In this document: one piece after another, positions 24,682 through 33,754 of the stretch
Numbering within the stretch: the first letter of the stretch is position 1
Layout of the letters: each line of letters begins with the position of its first letter
Source of the DNA: a virus
Taxonomy: Duplodnaviria; Caudoviricetes
DNA: 43,531 bases
Strand: one strand, 5' to 3'
Virus record (IMG/VR): IMGVR_UViG_3300042923_000110
Location: 1 to 43,531 of that record
The notes under the pieces: generated by a model
Database searches by the model: none
Told to the model about the DNA's origin: nothing
What the model saw: only the letters and a program-made list of their open reading frames with translations
Position numbers and translations under genes: made by a program

Positions 24682-25683
24682 TTAAACGATTAAATCTTCA
24701 TCGACATCTAACGCTTCACACAAGCGAATAGGAACACCAAGGAACGAAGGAACAACTCTGTTGTTGTTCAATTCTTGCATAGTAAGGAACAAGTTTGCCT
24801 TACCTAATGCTTTCTTGACAAATGCAGTCCTTACGCTTCTACCACAATAGAATCTAGCTCGCGGAGAAAGATTTGGAACGCTTTCAATTGCATCAATCAT
24901 TAGATTCAACAAGTCAGGTGACGTATCGGAACCGCTACCAATAGTAGCTAAAGAACTTTTATCAATATTACCAATACGCACTACTTTCTTGTAGTTACGA
25001 ACGGCAATTCCAGCTCTCCATTCCCATAAGTCACGGTATGCAGGCCAGTAACTACCATCATCCAAAGTAACTAGTTCTTCACCGTAATTCTTGTGTTGTA
25101 ATCCAACTTCTGTATTTTTAGGATAGAACCCGCATACGGAATCTTCGCCCCAATCAATCAACCAAAGAGAACGATTGTCCGTGTCTGATCCTCCGGCTTT
25201 AAATACATAGTTACCGTAATCTGTTGCGGTAGTTGATTTGTAAAAAGCCGTTAACCCATCAAAAGACTGTGAATTATTTGCGGTTGCTCCAAAAAATAAT
25301 TCATCAGCCAACTTCTTGCCCATGGCCCCAATAAAAGGTTTATTGGAATTAGCTCTAAACCCAGCTTGATCTTCCGCTGCTTCAACAAGTTCTTTATCAA
25401 CCTGTCCTAAAGCAGTAAATAAAGCAGCATGTGCTTGAATCTGTTTGAATGTTCCTTTTGTACCTGTAGCACCTTGATTGATACCGCGAATAGTAACGGT
25501 AGGGTCAGTAGCTAATTGAGTTGTCTGTAGACCGTATTCCTTGTTGCCTTGAACAACAAACATGTCATCCAAGATGTCATTTTGTTCAGCTAGAATATCA
25601 ATAATCCTTGCTGCTTTACCATCAGGATCTTGCTGACTAGCATAATCCTTCCATGTGATTCTATCTTCACCTAAAGTTGCCAT
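24682..25683 (-). CDS. Major capsid protein (BPP-1/epsilon15-like)
   Basis: NDILDD, VDKEL, FDGL, SLWLIDWG, VVRIGNID, FLGVPIR. Confidence 0.9.
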   Translation of the reverse strand: MATLGEDRITWKDYASQQDPDGKAARIIDILAEQNDILDDMFVVQGNKEYGLQTTQLATDPTVTIRGINQGATGTKGTFKQIQAHAALFTALGQVDKELVEAAEDQAGFRANSNKPFIGAMGKKLADELFFGATANNSQSFDGLTAFYKSTTATDYGNYVFKAGGSDTDNRSLWLIDWGEDSVCGFYPKNTEVGLQHKNYGEELVTLDDGSYWPAYRDLWEWRAGIAVRNYKKVVRIGNIDKSSLATIGSGSDTSPDLLNLMIDAIESVPNLSPRARFYCGRSVRTAFVKKALGKANLFLTMQELNNNRVVPSFLGVPIRLCEALDVDEDLIV

Positions 25684-25697
25684 AAATTAAATTCCTC

Positions 25698-26321
25698 CTA
25701 TTTCATATTTGGGTACATGATCTGTCCCAATGTTTTTTGTTTTGACTCTGTCGTTTTTGAATCAATGAAACTCGATTCAGATATCTTTGAACTAATTTCT
25801 TTAAAGATTGCAATCATTTCAGGATGGTTACCAAGTCCTGTTTCTTGCAAGAATGTCTTAAATTCAGGCGTAGAAAAACGGCTTAACGCATTGTTAGCCG
25901 ATTCGATTCCTTCTTTACCGAATTTTTCTGTACTTTCTTTAGTCCACGCTGATACTTGCGCTTCATGTTGCGCTTGCATCTGTGGAGCTACTTTGTTTGT
26001 ATAGAAATCAACTACTGATTGCGCTGCTTCCTGTGTCATGTTGTTTTCTTTCGCCCACGTTTTAAAATCATCAATAGGTGCGCTGAAATTTTCAGGAACA
26101 GTGAAGTCGGCATATTGTTCAGGTGCTCCTGTAACTATCGGATCAACAACAGGATCTGTTGCTGGTGGATCTGTGACTGGATCAACTACTGGATCTGTTG
26201 TTGTCGTCGTAACAGGAGCACCTGGATCACTAGTTGGCGGTTCGTCGTTGAATAGTTGTAAATTAAACACCACGTTTACGGCTTCGGTGTTATCCTGTAC
26301 CGTGTTATATTTGTCTGACAT
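25698..26321 (-). CDS. Capsid scaffolding protein
   Basis: Pro/Thr/Asp-rich N-terminus, PEQY.DF, GLGNHPEMI, C-terminal MYPNMK; precedes the capsid gene. Confidence 0.8.
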   Translation of the reverse strand: MSDKYNTVQDNTEAVNVVFNLQLFNDEPPTSDPGAPVTTTTTDPVVDPVTDPPATDPVVDPIVTGAPEQYADFTVPENFSAPIDDFKTWAKENNMTQEAAQSVVDFYTNKVAPQMQAQHEAQVSAWTKESTEKFGKEGIESANNALSRFSTPEFKTFLQETGLGNHPEMIAIFKEISSKISESSFIDSKTTESKQKTLGQIMYPNMK

Positions 26322-26447
26322 CTTTATTCCTCCTTAAAATTAGGCATAAAAAATACGACTATGCCTAGTCGTTATCAGCGTTTATTGCGCATGGTTGCCC
26401 ATGCGATCACCTCCCTTAATCTAGGAAAATGTTATTAATCATTACAA

Positions 26448-26807
26448 TCAATTCTTTTTCACCTCTTTCTTCATAATGTCTTGCATGGCGTTCCATTGAT
26501 ATAAAATATATTCCCTTTCAGCCTTAAGCCTTAAATCAACTCCAACCATCCTATCAGCTCCATACATTCCTAATGCATCACAAGCAGCTATAAGTTCAAC
26601 AGCTATTGATCTGCGACCAGCATTAAAAAAGTCTTTGCTATTGCCCATTGGTTGAGAGTCTTTGTAACCACATTTTTGAATGAGATAACTGAATACTCTT
26701 CTTCCGTGTTCAGTGTTCATAATAGAGCGTAAATCAAGCAGATACTGTTCATCCATCTTTTCGACAATCTGTTCTTTTGTTGGCTTAATATCATCTTGTT
26801 TTTTCAT
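26448..26807 (-). CDS. Bbp19-like head-module protein
   Basis: DLRSIMNTEHGRRVF, FNAGRRSIA. Confidence 0.75.
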   Translation of the reverse strand: MKKQDDIKPTKEQIVEKMDEQYLLDLRSIMNTEHGRRVFSYLIQKCGYKDSQPMGNSKDFFNAGRRSIAVELIAACDALGMYGADRMVGVDLRLKAEREYILYQWNAMQDIMKKEVKKN

Positions 26808-28489
26808 TGCTGCAATCCTCCAGATGGCCCACCTAATAAAGCAGTTAATCCATTATCGGTTGACATGTCAGCACTAGCAAGATTCTTGGCCCCTTGTGCT
26901 GCTGACAATCCCATCTGCACCGCATTAAGTTGCGCTTGCTGTTCTGCTCTGGCCTGTCTTACCGCTGCAACCTGCTCATCAGATACAATAATAGAAGGAG
27001 GTACTCCGTTTAATGTTCCAAGCTGGTCTACTACTTCATCCCAGGCGATCTTATCAAGTATCTCTGGTAATTGCGCTGTTGTAGACATGTTAATGGCTTG
27101 CGTAACGGTATCCATTATAGGAGTAATTACATATTGTTTTTGCGCTTGTGACAGGATAGACACATACTCTATATCCATTTCCATTCCTTCAATCTCAGGA
27201 GGCGGAGGTGGATACACACCAGCTCTAAAACCTATATCGATTACCCGGTTAATTACTTGCGGTAAGTAACCTGTCTGCAGTCTTTCAAGTAGTGGCCCCA
27301 TTTGTGACATTTTTTCAGATGATAATTCTATAACTTCCCTGGCTGTTCTTGTACCCTTTTCCATATCAGACAACAACTGGAACACCTTAGTATTAAAATG
27401 TTCTTTTATACATTCTTCAATAGACTGTTGTACTGCTGTTACATGGTCAAGGTTTAATTGCACTTGAAACAAAGGTTTAATAGCTCCGTCTGATCCACCA
27501 GTCGGATTATAATAATTAGCAGCAGCAGGCAACATGTTAATACCGCCGTTTTTCATGATATCGGAAGGTGCTTGTACTGCTGGCTTAACTCCTAACTCTA
27601 CTGCTGTACAGATATCACGCCACATTAACTGTATTTGTTTAGCATCACCTAGAGACCATATACCAGGGCCAGTGCCATAAATATCAGCACCTTTGGTTTG
27701 ATACCTTTCAATCATCACAGGGAAAGTGTTGAATCCACCTTTTTTTAGAAACTCGCCAGGCTTTTGTCCAGCCATCCAGTAGTAGTCACTAAACTTCATA
27801 GAGTAATTATCAATCTTATCTGGATTATGTTTTGAATTAGGACAAATTAAATGCTTTACACACATTGTCTTATTATAGTTCTTATCTTTATAACAACTTT
27901 TAACGCTTTCTGGAACATTTTCAATTCCAAACTTTTCAACGATCTGGAAAGGTGTCATTTCAATGTTTCTCGCGAATTGATTCGGCCTCTTCTTATTATC
28001 CAAACCTATTGCAAACTCACCACAGGTAAACGTTCTACAATTAATAACGGTTTCTTTATCTTCTTCTATTAACATTGCTGCAGTATTGAATACACCTAAC
28101 TCTAAATAGAATTGATGATTTTCAGTATAAAAACCACCTTTAAACAGCAAATCAAGGGTTATACTTTTAACAGCATCTAACCATGCAAGAACCTGTGAAC
28201 TCTGCATTACTTGCACATTAGGGAAAGCAAACTTTACCCACGGTCTGGTTGGTGAAGTAATACCCCATTGAAGTCCAGCAGCTAAGATATGGCTGTACTT
28301 TATCGGCATAGTACGAAGCATTTCTTCATCTTCACGTTTACCGCTATTAGCTTCTTCTCCTTCAAAATATCCAATGTATGGATTGATGAAATCCCTAACG
28401 TCCATAAATAAAGGCTTCCACTTTTCAAATTCATCGAACAATGTTTTATGTTGTCGATTGATGTACTCTGTTTCTTTTATTGAATCCAT
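26804..28489 (-). CDS. Portal (head-tail connector, T7/BPP-1 type)
   Basis: LAAGL..GITSP.RPW, YGTGP, RTAREV, MGPLLERL, IEYVSIL. Confidence 0.92.
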   Translation of the reverse strand: MDSIKETEYINRQHKTLFDEFEKWKPLFMDVRDFINPYIGYFEGEEANSGKREDEEMLRTMPIKYSHILAAGLQWGITSPTRPWVKFAFPNVQVMQSSQVLAWLDAVKSITLDLLFKGGFYTENHQFYLELGVFNTAAMLIEEDKETVINCRTFTCGEFAIGLDNKKRPNQFARNIEMTPFQIVEKFGIENVPESVKSCYKDKNYNKTMCVKHLICPNSKHNPDKIDNYSMKFSDYYWMAGQKPGEFLKKGGFNTFPVMIERYQTKGADIYGTGPGIWSLGDAKQIQLMWRDICTAVELGVKPAVQAPSDIMKNGGINMLPAAANYYNPTGGSDGAIKPLFQVQLNLDHVTAVQQSIEECIKEHFNTKVFQLLSDMEKGTRTAREVIELSSEKMSQMGPLLERLQTGYLPQVINRVIDIGFRAGVYPPPPPEIEGMEMDIEYVSILSQAQKQYVITPIMDTVTQAINMSTTAQLPEILDKIAWDEVVDQLGTLNGVPPSIIVSDEQVAAVRQARAEQQAQLNAVQMGLSAAQGAKNLASADMSTDNGLTALLGGPSGGLQQ

Positions 28490-28491
28490 GC

Positions 28492-28743
28492 TTATCCCCC
28501 TAACAGGGTCTTCTTATTTGTCGTTGCTGTTGACGTATCGCCACTAGACGAAGTACCTATTGTTGATTGTTGTCCAGATGCTGCTGCTGCTTTCTTTTTA
28601 GCTGACTTAGCAGAATCTATTGCGTCTGATCCACTAGTTACACCTACTGATGTAGGGGCAGGCGTTACCGCTGACGCATCGGCTTTACTTTTACTTCCAA
28701 TTCCTAAAACACTGGTTACAAATCCAAGAGCTGGCCCACACAT
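28492..28743 (-). CDS. Small basic virion-assembly protein
   Basis: MCG start with SD GGAGG, Ser/Ala/Lys-rich, ends KKTLLGG; typical position before a podovirus portal. Confidence 0.7.
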   Translation of the reverse strand: MCGPALGFVTSVLGIGSKSKADASAVTPAPTSVGVTSGSDAIDSAKSAKKKAAAASGQQSTIGTSSSGDTSTATTNKKTLLGG

Positions 28744-28744
28744 A

Positions 28745-30211
28745 TTATCTCCTCCTTCTGCTTTGTATTGGGTTATATTGAGACGTTGCGTAATGTATCG
28801 AATCGTTGTTTCTTTGTATAGGGTTATAACCTGCTGTAGCAAAGTGTAATCTACTGTTGAATTTATTTGTTCCGCTTTTACTTACAACAGGAACGGCAAA
28901 AGTTAAGGCAAGCCCTTCTGCCAAATCTGGGCTTGCCAATCCTCTTGTCTTCATATCTTTTTTTGCTTCAAGTTGTATCTTGTTACTAGAACGGCTATAA
29001 AAATATTGTGGCCCTACTAAATCATCTCTTAAATCAGGTTCATTTGGCAGACAACCACCATCTTTTAACCATTGCAACATATCCCACCATATTTCTGCAC
29101 GTTTGTTAAAACAATTTTGTTTACTCGACGCACTCCCTACCATTATTCCATTCCAATTTCTACCCCAGCTTGTACCTGCGTCTTTAACTCCAGCACCCCA
29201 ACCAGTCAAATCTATATTAACTGCATCTGCATTGTGTTGGTCTTCGAAATTAGCTGTTATTGTTGCCAGTTGAGTAGTATCTATATTTCTTCCATACCAC
29301 AACAGCCAAGAAGCTAACCCTTGGCGTTTAAATATAGAGCATCTATCATCACCAAAGTAAGACACGTCAACTCCAAGAACAATAGGAGAGTTTATATATA
29401 CGTCTTCTCTCAAATTCCTTCCCATTGCTTCGTCAACTATATTAGAAGGTATCAACTGCAAAACAGAAGCATGGGGGAACTCTCCAAGTACGCGTACTCT
29501 ATACATGTCTGAGTCTTCACCATATTCATCTGCAATTTCTTTTGCATAAGAAGAGTCAACTAACGGAGAATCCAAGCAACTAAACGTAAAACGTATCCAA
29601 GTGTCACGATTTTTATTATGAGATTGAAAGAAGTAACCTGTAGTTTGTGTTGGATTGCCAGTCATAAGAACTCTCGCATTAGGAGTTGATAAAGCACCTC
29701 TAGCTACTTCAAACACCTTTTCATCAACGCCAGAAGCTTCATCTATCAAAAACAATATATTGTCTGCATGGAATCCCTGTAAAGCGTCAGGGTTCTCTTT
29801 GCGAGCTGTACGGGCAACAGCAAACTGATTCTTACCCATTCCTCTAACTTCTACCCTATCAGCTTTAATGACAATGTTTTGAGCAAACCAAGGTTCCATC
29901 TTCCCATGCCATTTAGATATTTCAGCCCACAGAACATCTTCTAATTGGTGCGCAGATGGTGCAGTGCAAGGTATCTTCACATCTGTATAACAGCATAAAA
30001 ACCATAAAGTTATCCAAGCTAATACGGTAGACTTCCCAACACCATGTCCAGCCTTTACACTTACTTTTGCACCAGGTTGCGCTATTGCCATTAACAATTT
30101 TTTCTGTTGTTCTGTAGGTTTACCATGAAGTATTTTTTCAACAAATATTACTGGATTCTCTCTAAATATAGGTATCCACTTAGCCAGTTTTTCTATATCA
30201 TTAGATGCCAT
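28745..30211 (-). CDS. terL: Terminase large subunit
   Basis: Walker A AGHGVGKS, Walker B LIDEASG, GNPT, GVDVS..GDD, SPDLAE. Confidence 0.93.
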   Translation of the reverse strand: MASNDIEKLAKWIPIFRENPVIFVEKILHGKPTEQQKKLLMAIAQPGAKVSVKAGHGVGKSTVLAWITLWFLCCYTDVKIPCTAPSAHQLEDVLWAEISKWHGKMEPWFAQNIVIKADRVEVRGMGKNQFAVARTARKENPDALQGFHADNILFLIDEASGVDEKVFEVARGALSTPNARVLMTGNPTQTTGYFFQSHNKNRDTWIRFTFSCLDSPLVDSSYAKEIADEYGEDSDMYRVRVLGEFPHASVLQLIPSNIVDEAMGRNLREDVYINSPIVLGVDVSYFGDDRCSIFKRQGLASWLLWYGRNIDTTQLATITANFEDQHNADAVNIDLTGWGAGVKDAGTSWGRNWNGIMVGSASSKQNCFNKRAEIWWDMLQWLKDGGCLPNEPDLRDDLVGPQYFYSRSSNKIQLEAKKDMKTRGLASPDLAEGLALTFAVPVVSKSGTNKFNSRLHFATAGYNPIQRNNDSIHYATSQYNPIQSRRRR

Positions 30212-30708
30212 TACAACTCGCCCCACCTCCTATCTCCCATTACCTTAACCCTGTAATTCTTAAACATTGTCTTAAGTACATTCTGAATACGCTGTCCCTT
30301 GCAGAATAACCACGGGTTAATAAAATATTGAATGCCTTTGCTGTTCCTGCCACGATACAATATATCTTTCTTAATTAATGAGTTAATTGCAGCAGATACA
30401 GCACCGCGACTCATGCCAGATATCTTTATCATGTCGTCAAATGCTAACTCGTTACCATTGTCATATTTCAAACAACAATCTTCATATCCAACATATACAG
30501 CCATACAAAACAAAAACGCCTTTTCAGGCGTAGACAGTATTTGGAACATCTTCCTTAGTTCGGCAGTATTTCCTTTATAGAAGTGTTCTAACTTCCATAT
30601 CTGATAATTCTCTAGATAATCAATACTCTCTTTCCTCAGTATGCGATCACCTTCATTTATCTGGCCTATAATCTCACCATTATGATCTACTATGTTAGCT
30701 TTTTTAAT
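30211..30708 (-). CDS. RepL-like (Firmicutes plasmid replication/maintenance) winged-helix protein, probable ATT start
   Basis: SGMSRGAVSAAINSLIKKDIL...YFINPWLFCKG; the frame stays open 53 codons upstream of the listed ATG, back to ATT with SD GGGAGG. Confidence 0.65.
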   Translation of the reverse strand: MKKANIVDHNGEIIGQINEGDRILRKESIDYLENYQIWKLEHFYKGNTAELRKMFQILSTPEKAFLFCMAVYVGYEDCCLKYDNGNELAFDDMIKISGMSRGAVSAAINSLIKKDILYRGRNSKGIQYFINPWLFCKGQRIQNVLKTMFKNYRVKVMGDRRWGEL

Positions 30709-30724
30709 GTTTTAACGCCTCCCA

Positions 30725-30772
30725 AGTTCATATATTGAACTAAATAAGCCTTTTTAGTTCATGTGGTGAACC
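30725..30772. repeat. Two palindromic sites AGTTCA-N5-TGAAC(T/C), 31 bp apart
   Basis: 30725-30741 and 30756-30772, directly upstream of the RepL-like gene. Confidence 0.6.
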
Positions 30773-30845
30773 TGCAAAAAAACCTGCAATCCCATACTAC
30801 ATAAGGCTTCACAGGTGTTTTTTTATGTAGTTGTCCCTCTTAGTC

Positions 30846-31007
30846 TTAATCCGTTAATCTTACTCCACAAAATGGACAGTATTGAATATTGTATATAACT
30901 GCATCATCAATATATTCCATGATAATCCAATTGTTAGATTTATCTTTTGATATATCGATACATCTGTTACTACTGTTTTTCATTTCACTGCATTCATGTG
31001 TTCCCAT
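30846..31007 (-). CDS. Small Zn-binding protein (53 aa)
   Basis: HEC...YCPFCG; SD GAGG before ATG 31007. Confidence 0.65.
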   Translation of the reverse strand: MGTHECSEMKNSSNRCIDISKDKSNNWIIMEYIDDAVIYNIQYCPFCGVRLTD

Positions 31008-31140
31008 AATGAACCTCGCGTTTATAATATTTTTGAAAATTTTCCGCGTTTTGTTATTTTTGGGGAGAGTGACTATACCAAGGAATGCGCGCCCATAAAT
31101 TTTGGGGTACGCCCCCACCCCTGCCTGTTTATTTAAAGTT

Positions 31141-31260
31141 TCACCGTGGATAATCATCTGGCATTTCGGACGAATACGCACCACACTTATTGCATACAGC
31201 ATCTTCCTTGACTTCGCCTATAACCCATTCATGATCACATTCATCGATCTCTACATTCAT
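31141..31260 (-). CDS. Small Cys-motif protein (39 aa)
   Basis: Hand translation MNVEIDECDHEW...CNKCG...; SD GGAGG. Confidence 0.55.
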   Translation of the reverse strand: MNVEIDECDHEWVIGEVKEDAVCNKCGAYSSEMPDDYPR

Positions 31261-31327
31261 GCTAATTCCTCCATTTATTACCTTCTCAATGTTCGATAAT
31301 TGGTTATTATTGTACTTTGATAATTGG

Positions 31328-31828
31328 CTATCTATCTAATGTTTTAAGCACATCAGATAGAGTTGTAACATTCATGTTTATGTTTTGAGTGTCTTGCCAT
31401 CCATAATTAGCTTTCAGGGTAAATATAACGCCAGCAGGGTTCTTCACGTTCCAGATAGATTCGGCAGCATATGCCAAACATCTTTGCCTTGCTCGTTTTA
31501 TTGTTGCGACAAACTCTGGTAGCTTCTCTAAGTTACTTATTGTTTCATTATCGCAATCCAGATACAGACACAATCCCTGCAATGTATAAGGCTTAACTTG
31601 AAACCTATCCATCACAGGTTTACCATCATCATCAAACACAACATTGCCTTTATTGTCTTTAATAACTTTATTGTCCCAACATGAATCAAAATAACCATCT
31701 ATCAATACAGCTAATTCATCCGGATCTTGAAACTTCCTTGGTCTTCCACCTTTATTCCCTACAGCATTCTTATTACCAAACTGCTGTTGAGCAGGTGTTA
31801 GCTTTCTTTTCCCTTCATTATCACTCAT
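31328..31828 (-). CDS. terS: Terminase small subunit (P22 gp3-like)
   Basis: GNKNAVGN.GGRP.KF, PYTLQGLCLYL, GVIFTLKANYGWQD. Confidence 0.88.
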   Translation of the reverse strand: MSDNEGKRKLTPAQQQFGNKNAVGNKGGRPRKFQDPDELAVLIDGYFDSCWDNKVIKDNKGNVVFDDDGKPVMDRFQVKPYTLQGLCLYLDCDNETISNLEKLPEFVATIKRARQRCLAYAAESIWNVKNPAGVIFTLKANYGWQDTQNINMNVTTLSDVLKTLDR

Positions 31829-32029
31829 TTATCTCACCTCACTTATCAATAATCCTTCGCTTGCTAACCTTTTTGTGATTCTCTTGTCACACTTTAAACA
31901 CTTGACAAACGTAGTTGTGCCATATTCATTACTAACAATCTCTACAATATCCATTTTAGATTTGCAATACCTGCACTTCCATTTCTTGTTTATATTTTTA
32001 ATAAACTTTCTAGAAGGAATCATCATCAC
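31829..32029 (-). CDS. Small Zn-ribbon protein
   Basis: CRYC...CLKC; SD GGAGGTG. Confidence 0.6.
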   Translation of the reverse strand: MMMIPSRKFIKNINKKWKCRYCKSKMDIVEIVSNEYGTTTFVKCLKCDKRITKRLASEGLLISEVR

Positions 32030-32460
32030 ACCTCCACACTTCGCTTCTGCGCTCTTTTATTAACTACACCTATACAATCCTATTACATATTATTCCGTAA
32101 TATAATTAGCCTTAATAAACCTATTCATCAAATCAACTTGCAAATGTCCTATTTAATTAGCCAATGACTTGAAGATAGTATTTCCATTGATTTAAAACTT
32201 AGTAGCTCAAAACCATTTACACAAAATGATTTACACTCCCCGTCTAAATAGGCGGTTCTTTTTTTTATACAGAAAAGCCGTACCAATAAGATACGGCTGA
32301 AATAATCCCAATTGGGAATCCCTATGTTTCACCACTTGCATATGAATTTTGCATAGGGATTATATAAAGTTTATCAGCAGTCCTTTCATTTATTTGAAGA
32401 ACAAATTACCATTCCTGCTATTAATAGAATAACATGTAAAACATTACCTTTGTCACGGTG

Positions 32461-32931
32461 TTAAAGGATTTTTTTTCTAATTGCTATCCTAACCCCAACT
32501 TCTACTATTTCTTTCCACCACTCAAGCATTGTTTGTCTGCCCGGCACATGATCACAACCATACCGTCTATTATGCCACTCAGCATATTTATACTGTACAT
32601 TGTCCATCCATCCAGGTCTACCACCATTACTATATTGATTATTAACCATTTGTCGTCTAAAATGGAGGAACATTCGCTTTTTCTCGGATAAGGTAGACTC
32701 TGTAGCCTCGACAACTAACAGCCAGTCCTTATCTGTCTCTAAATTAGCGAGTGACATGCCTTTACTCTGTGTTGGATTGCCTACGCTAGTACCTTTTGGC
32801 ATACCATCATATTGAGTGGCTCCTAGTGTTGCAAACTGGGAGCATTTTTCTTTATATGCGTTCAATCGCTCGTGGTAGTTTAATAACCAGTCGGATACAG
32901 TTTTGTTCTCTTGTTTGATTGTTGGCTGCAT
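32461..32931 (-). CDS. Late transcription activator (ArpU/RinA-like)
   Basis: YDGMPKGTSVGNPT motif; last early gene before the packaging operon. Confidence 0.65.
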   Translation of the reverse strand: MQPTIKQENKTVSDWLLNYHERLNAYKEKCSQFATLGATQYDGMPKGTSVGNPTQSKGMSLANLETDKDWLLVVEATESTLSEKKRMFLHFRRQMVNNQYSNGGRPGWMDNVQYKYAEWHNRRYGCDHVPGRQTMLEWWKEIVEVGVRIAIRKKIL

Positions 32932-32934
32932 GCG

Positions 32935-33018
32935 TTACCTCCTTGTAATAAATGTTCCAATAATAATCCAAATAGCAAGGCAAATTATTGCTAGATCAAT
33001 ATTAATCCCACTCATCAT
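32935..33018 (-). CDS. 27-aa single-TMD peptide
   Basis: Hand translation MMSGINIDLAIICLAIWIIIGTFITRR; coupled to its neighbours. Confidence 0.5.
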   Translation of the reverse strand: MMSGINIDLAIICLAIWIIIGTFITRR

Positions 33019-33137
33019 ATCCCTCTCTCCTTGCTCATTACAGCCGATATATACCCATCCGAATAGTAAATCATGCACACCACTTTAAAACGCTTCATAA
33101 CCCATTTGCTGACCTTGTGGTATGGCACTTGAATCAT
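33015..33137 (-). CDS. Hypothetical 40-aa protein
   Basis: Hand translation MIQVPYHKVSKWVMKRF...; fills the operon gap. Confidence 0.45.
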   Translation of the reverse strand: MIQVPYHKVSKWVMKRFKVVCMIYYSDGYISAVMSKERGI

Positions 33138-33139
33138 GG

Positions 33140-33334
33140 CTACACCACCTTATGCCAAATTCTTTTAGCATCACTTTTGTTTATTTTATATCTTTCACGC
33201 CATTGACCTATGCACTGCTTTGAAACATTTCTAATCATTCCAAGAGTAGAATCGCAAACTCCAATATCATTTAATAACAATCTCCAATAATGCTCAGTGA
33301 ATTTAATTTCTTTAGGCATTTCCATCCTCCTCAA
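33140..33334 (-). CDS. Small HTH-like protein
   Basis: DSTLGMIRNVSKQCIGQWRERYKI. Confidence 0.6.
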   Translation of the reverse strand: MRRMEMPKEIKFTEHYWRLLLNDIGVCDSTLGMIRNVSKQCIGQWRERYKINKSDAKRIWHKVV

Positions 33335-33549
33335 TAACTCAGCAAATTCCTAATGATGTCCCGCGTAGGCTGATCCCCATTATCCTGAAAATACTTGATT
33401 GCTATTTTGTATTTTTCTAGTTCTTGCTCTAACAATTCAACTTTATTTGTTTTGTTGAAAAACATTTCCCCTCTATCGCAATGTCCTAAATATTCGCATT
33501 GTCCATTTTGGCTGCCATAGAAGCATTCACGGCAATTCTTTTCTTTCAT
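33331..33549 (-). CDS. Hypothetical Cys-rich protein
   Basis: CREC...C....HC. Confidence 0.6.
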   Translation of the reverse strand: MKEKNCRECFYGSQNGQCEYLGHCDRGEMFFNKTNKVELLEQELEKYKIAIKYFQDNGDQPTRDIIRNLLSY

Positions 33550-33580
33550 TTGTAAATCACCTGCCTAATATTTGTTAATC

Positions 33581-33754
33581 TTAGAAAGTGTCTACTCCAC
33601 ACCACCCCAGTGCATCAAACTCCATCATCTTCCTCACCACATACTGATTGCAAGTCTCTCGCCTCTGGTGCGTCCTGCCTCTCTTGTGACACATGATCTC
33701 TCTGCCATCAACCCTTTTCTTTAGATTCTGGCAGCCGTCACATTTACTTGCCAT
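33581..33754 (-). CDS. Hypothetical Cys-rich 57-aa protein
   Basis: Hand translation MASKCDGCQNL...; TGATG overlap. Confidence 0.5.
   Translation of the reverse strand: MASKCDGCQNLKKRVDGREIMCHKRGRTHQRRETCNQYVVRKMMEFDALGWCGVDTF

Noticed and set aside
26130-26240. GGATC-containing short repeats as a DNA element
   Set aside because: They encode the Thr/Val-Asp-Pro low-complexity linker of the scaffold
30846-31202. 118-aa ORF as annotated
   Set aside because: Only the last 53 codons have an SD-led start; the upstream part crosses another small gene and the G/C-run island
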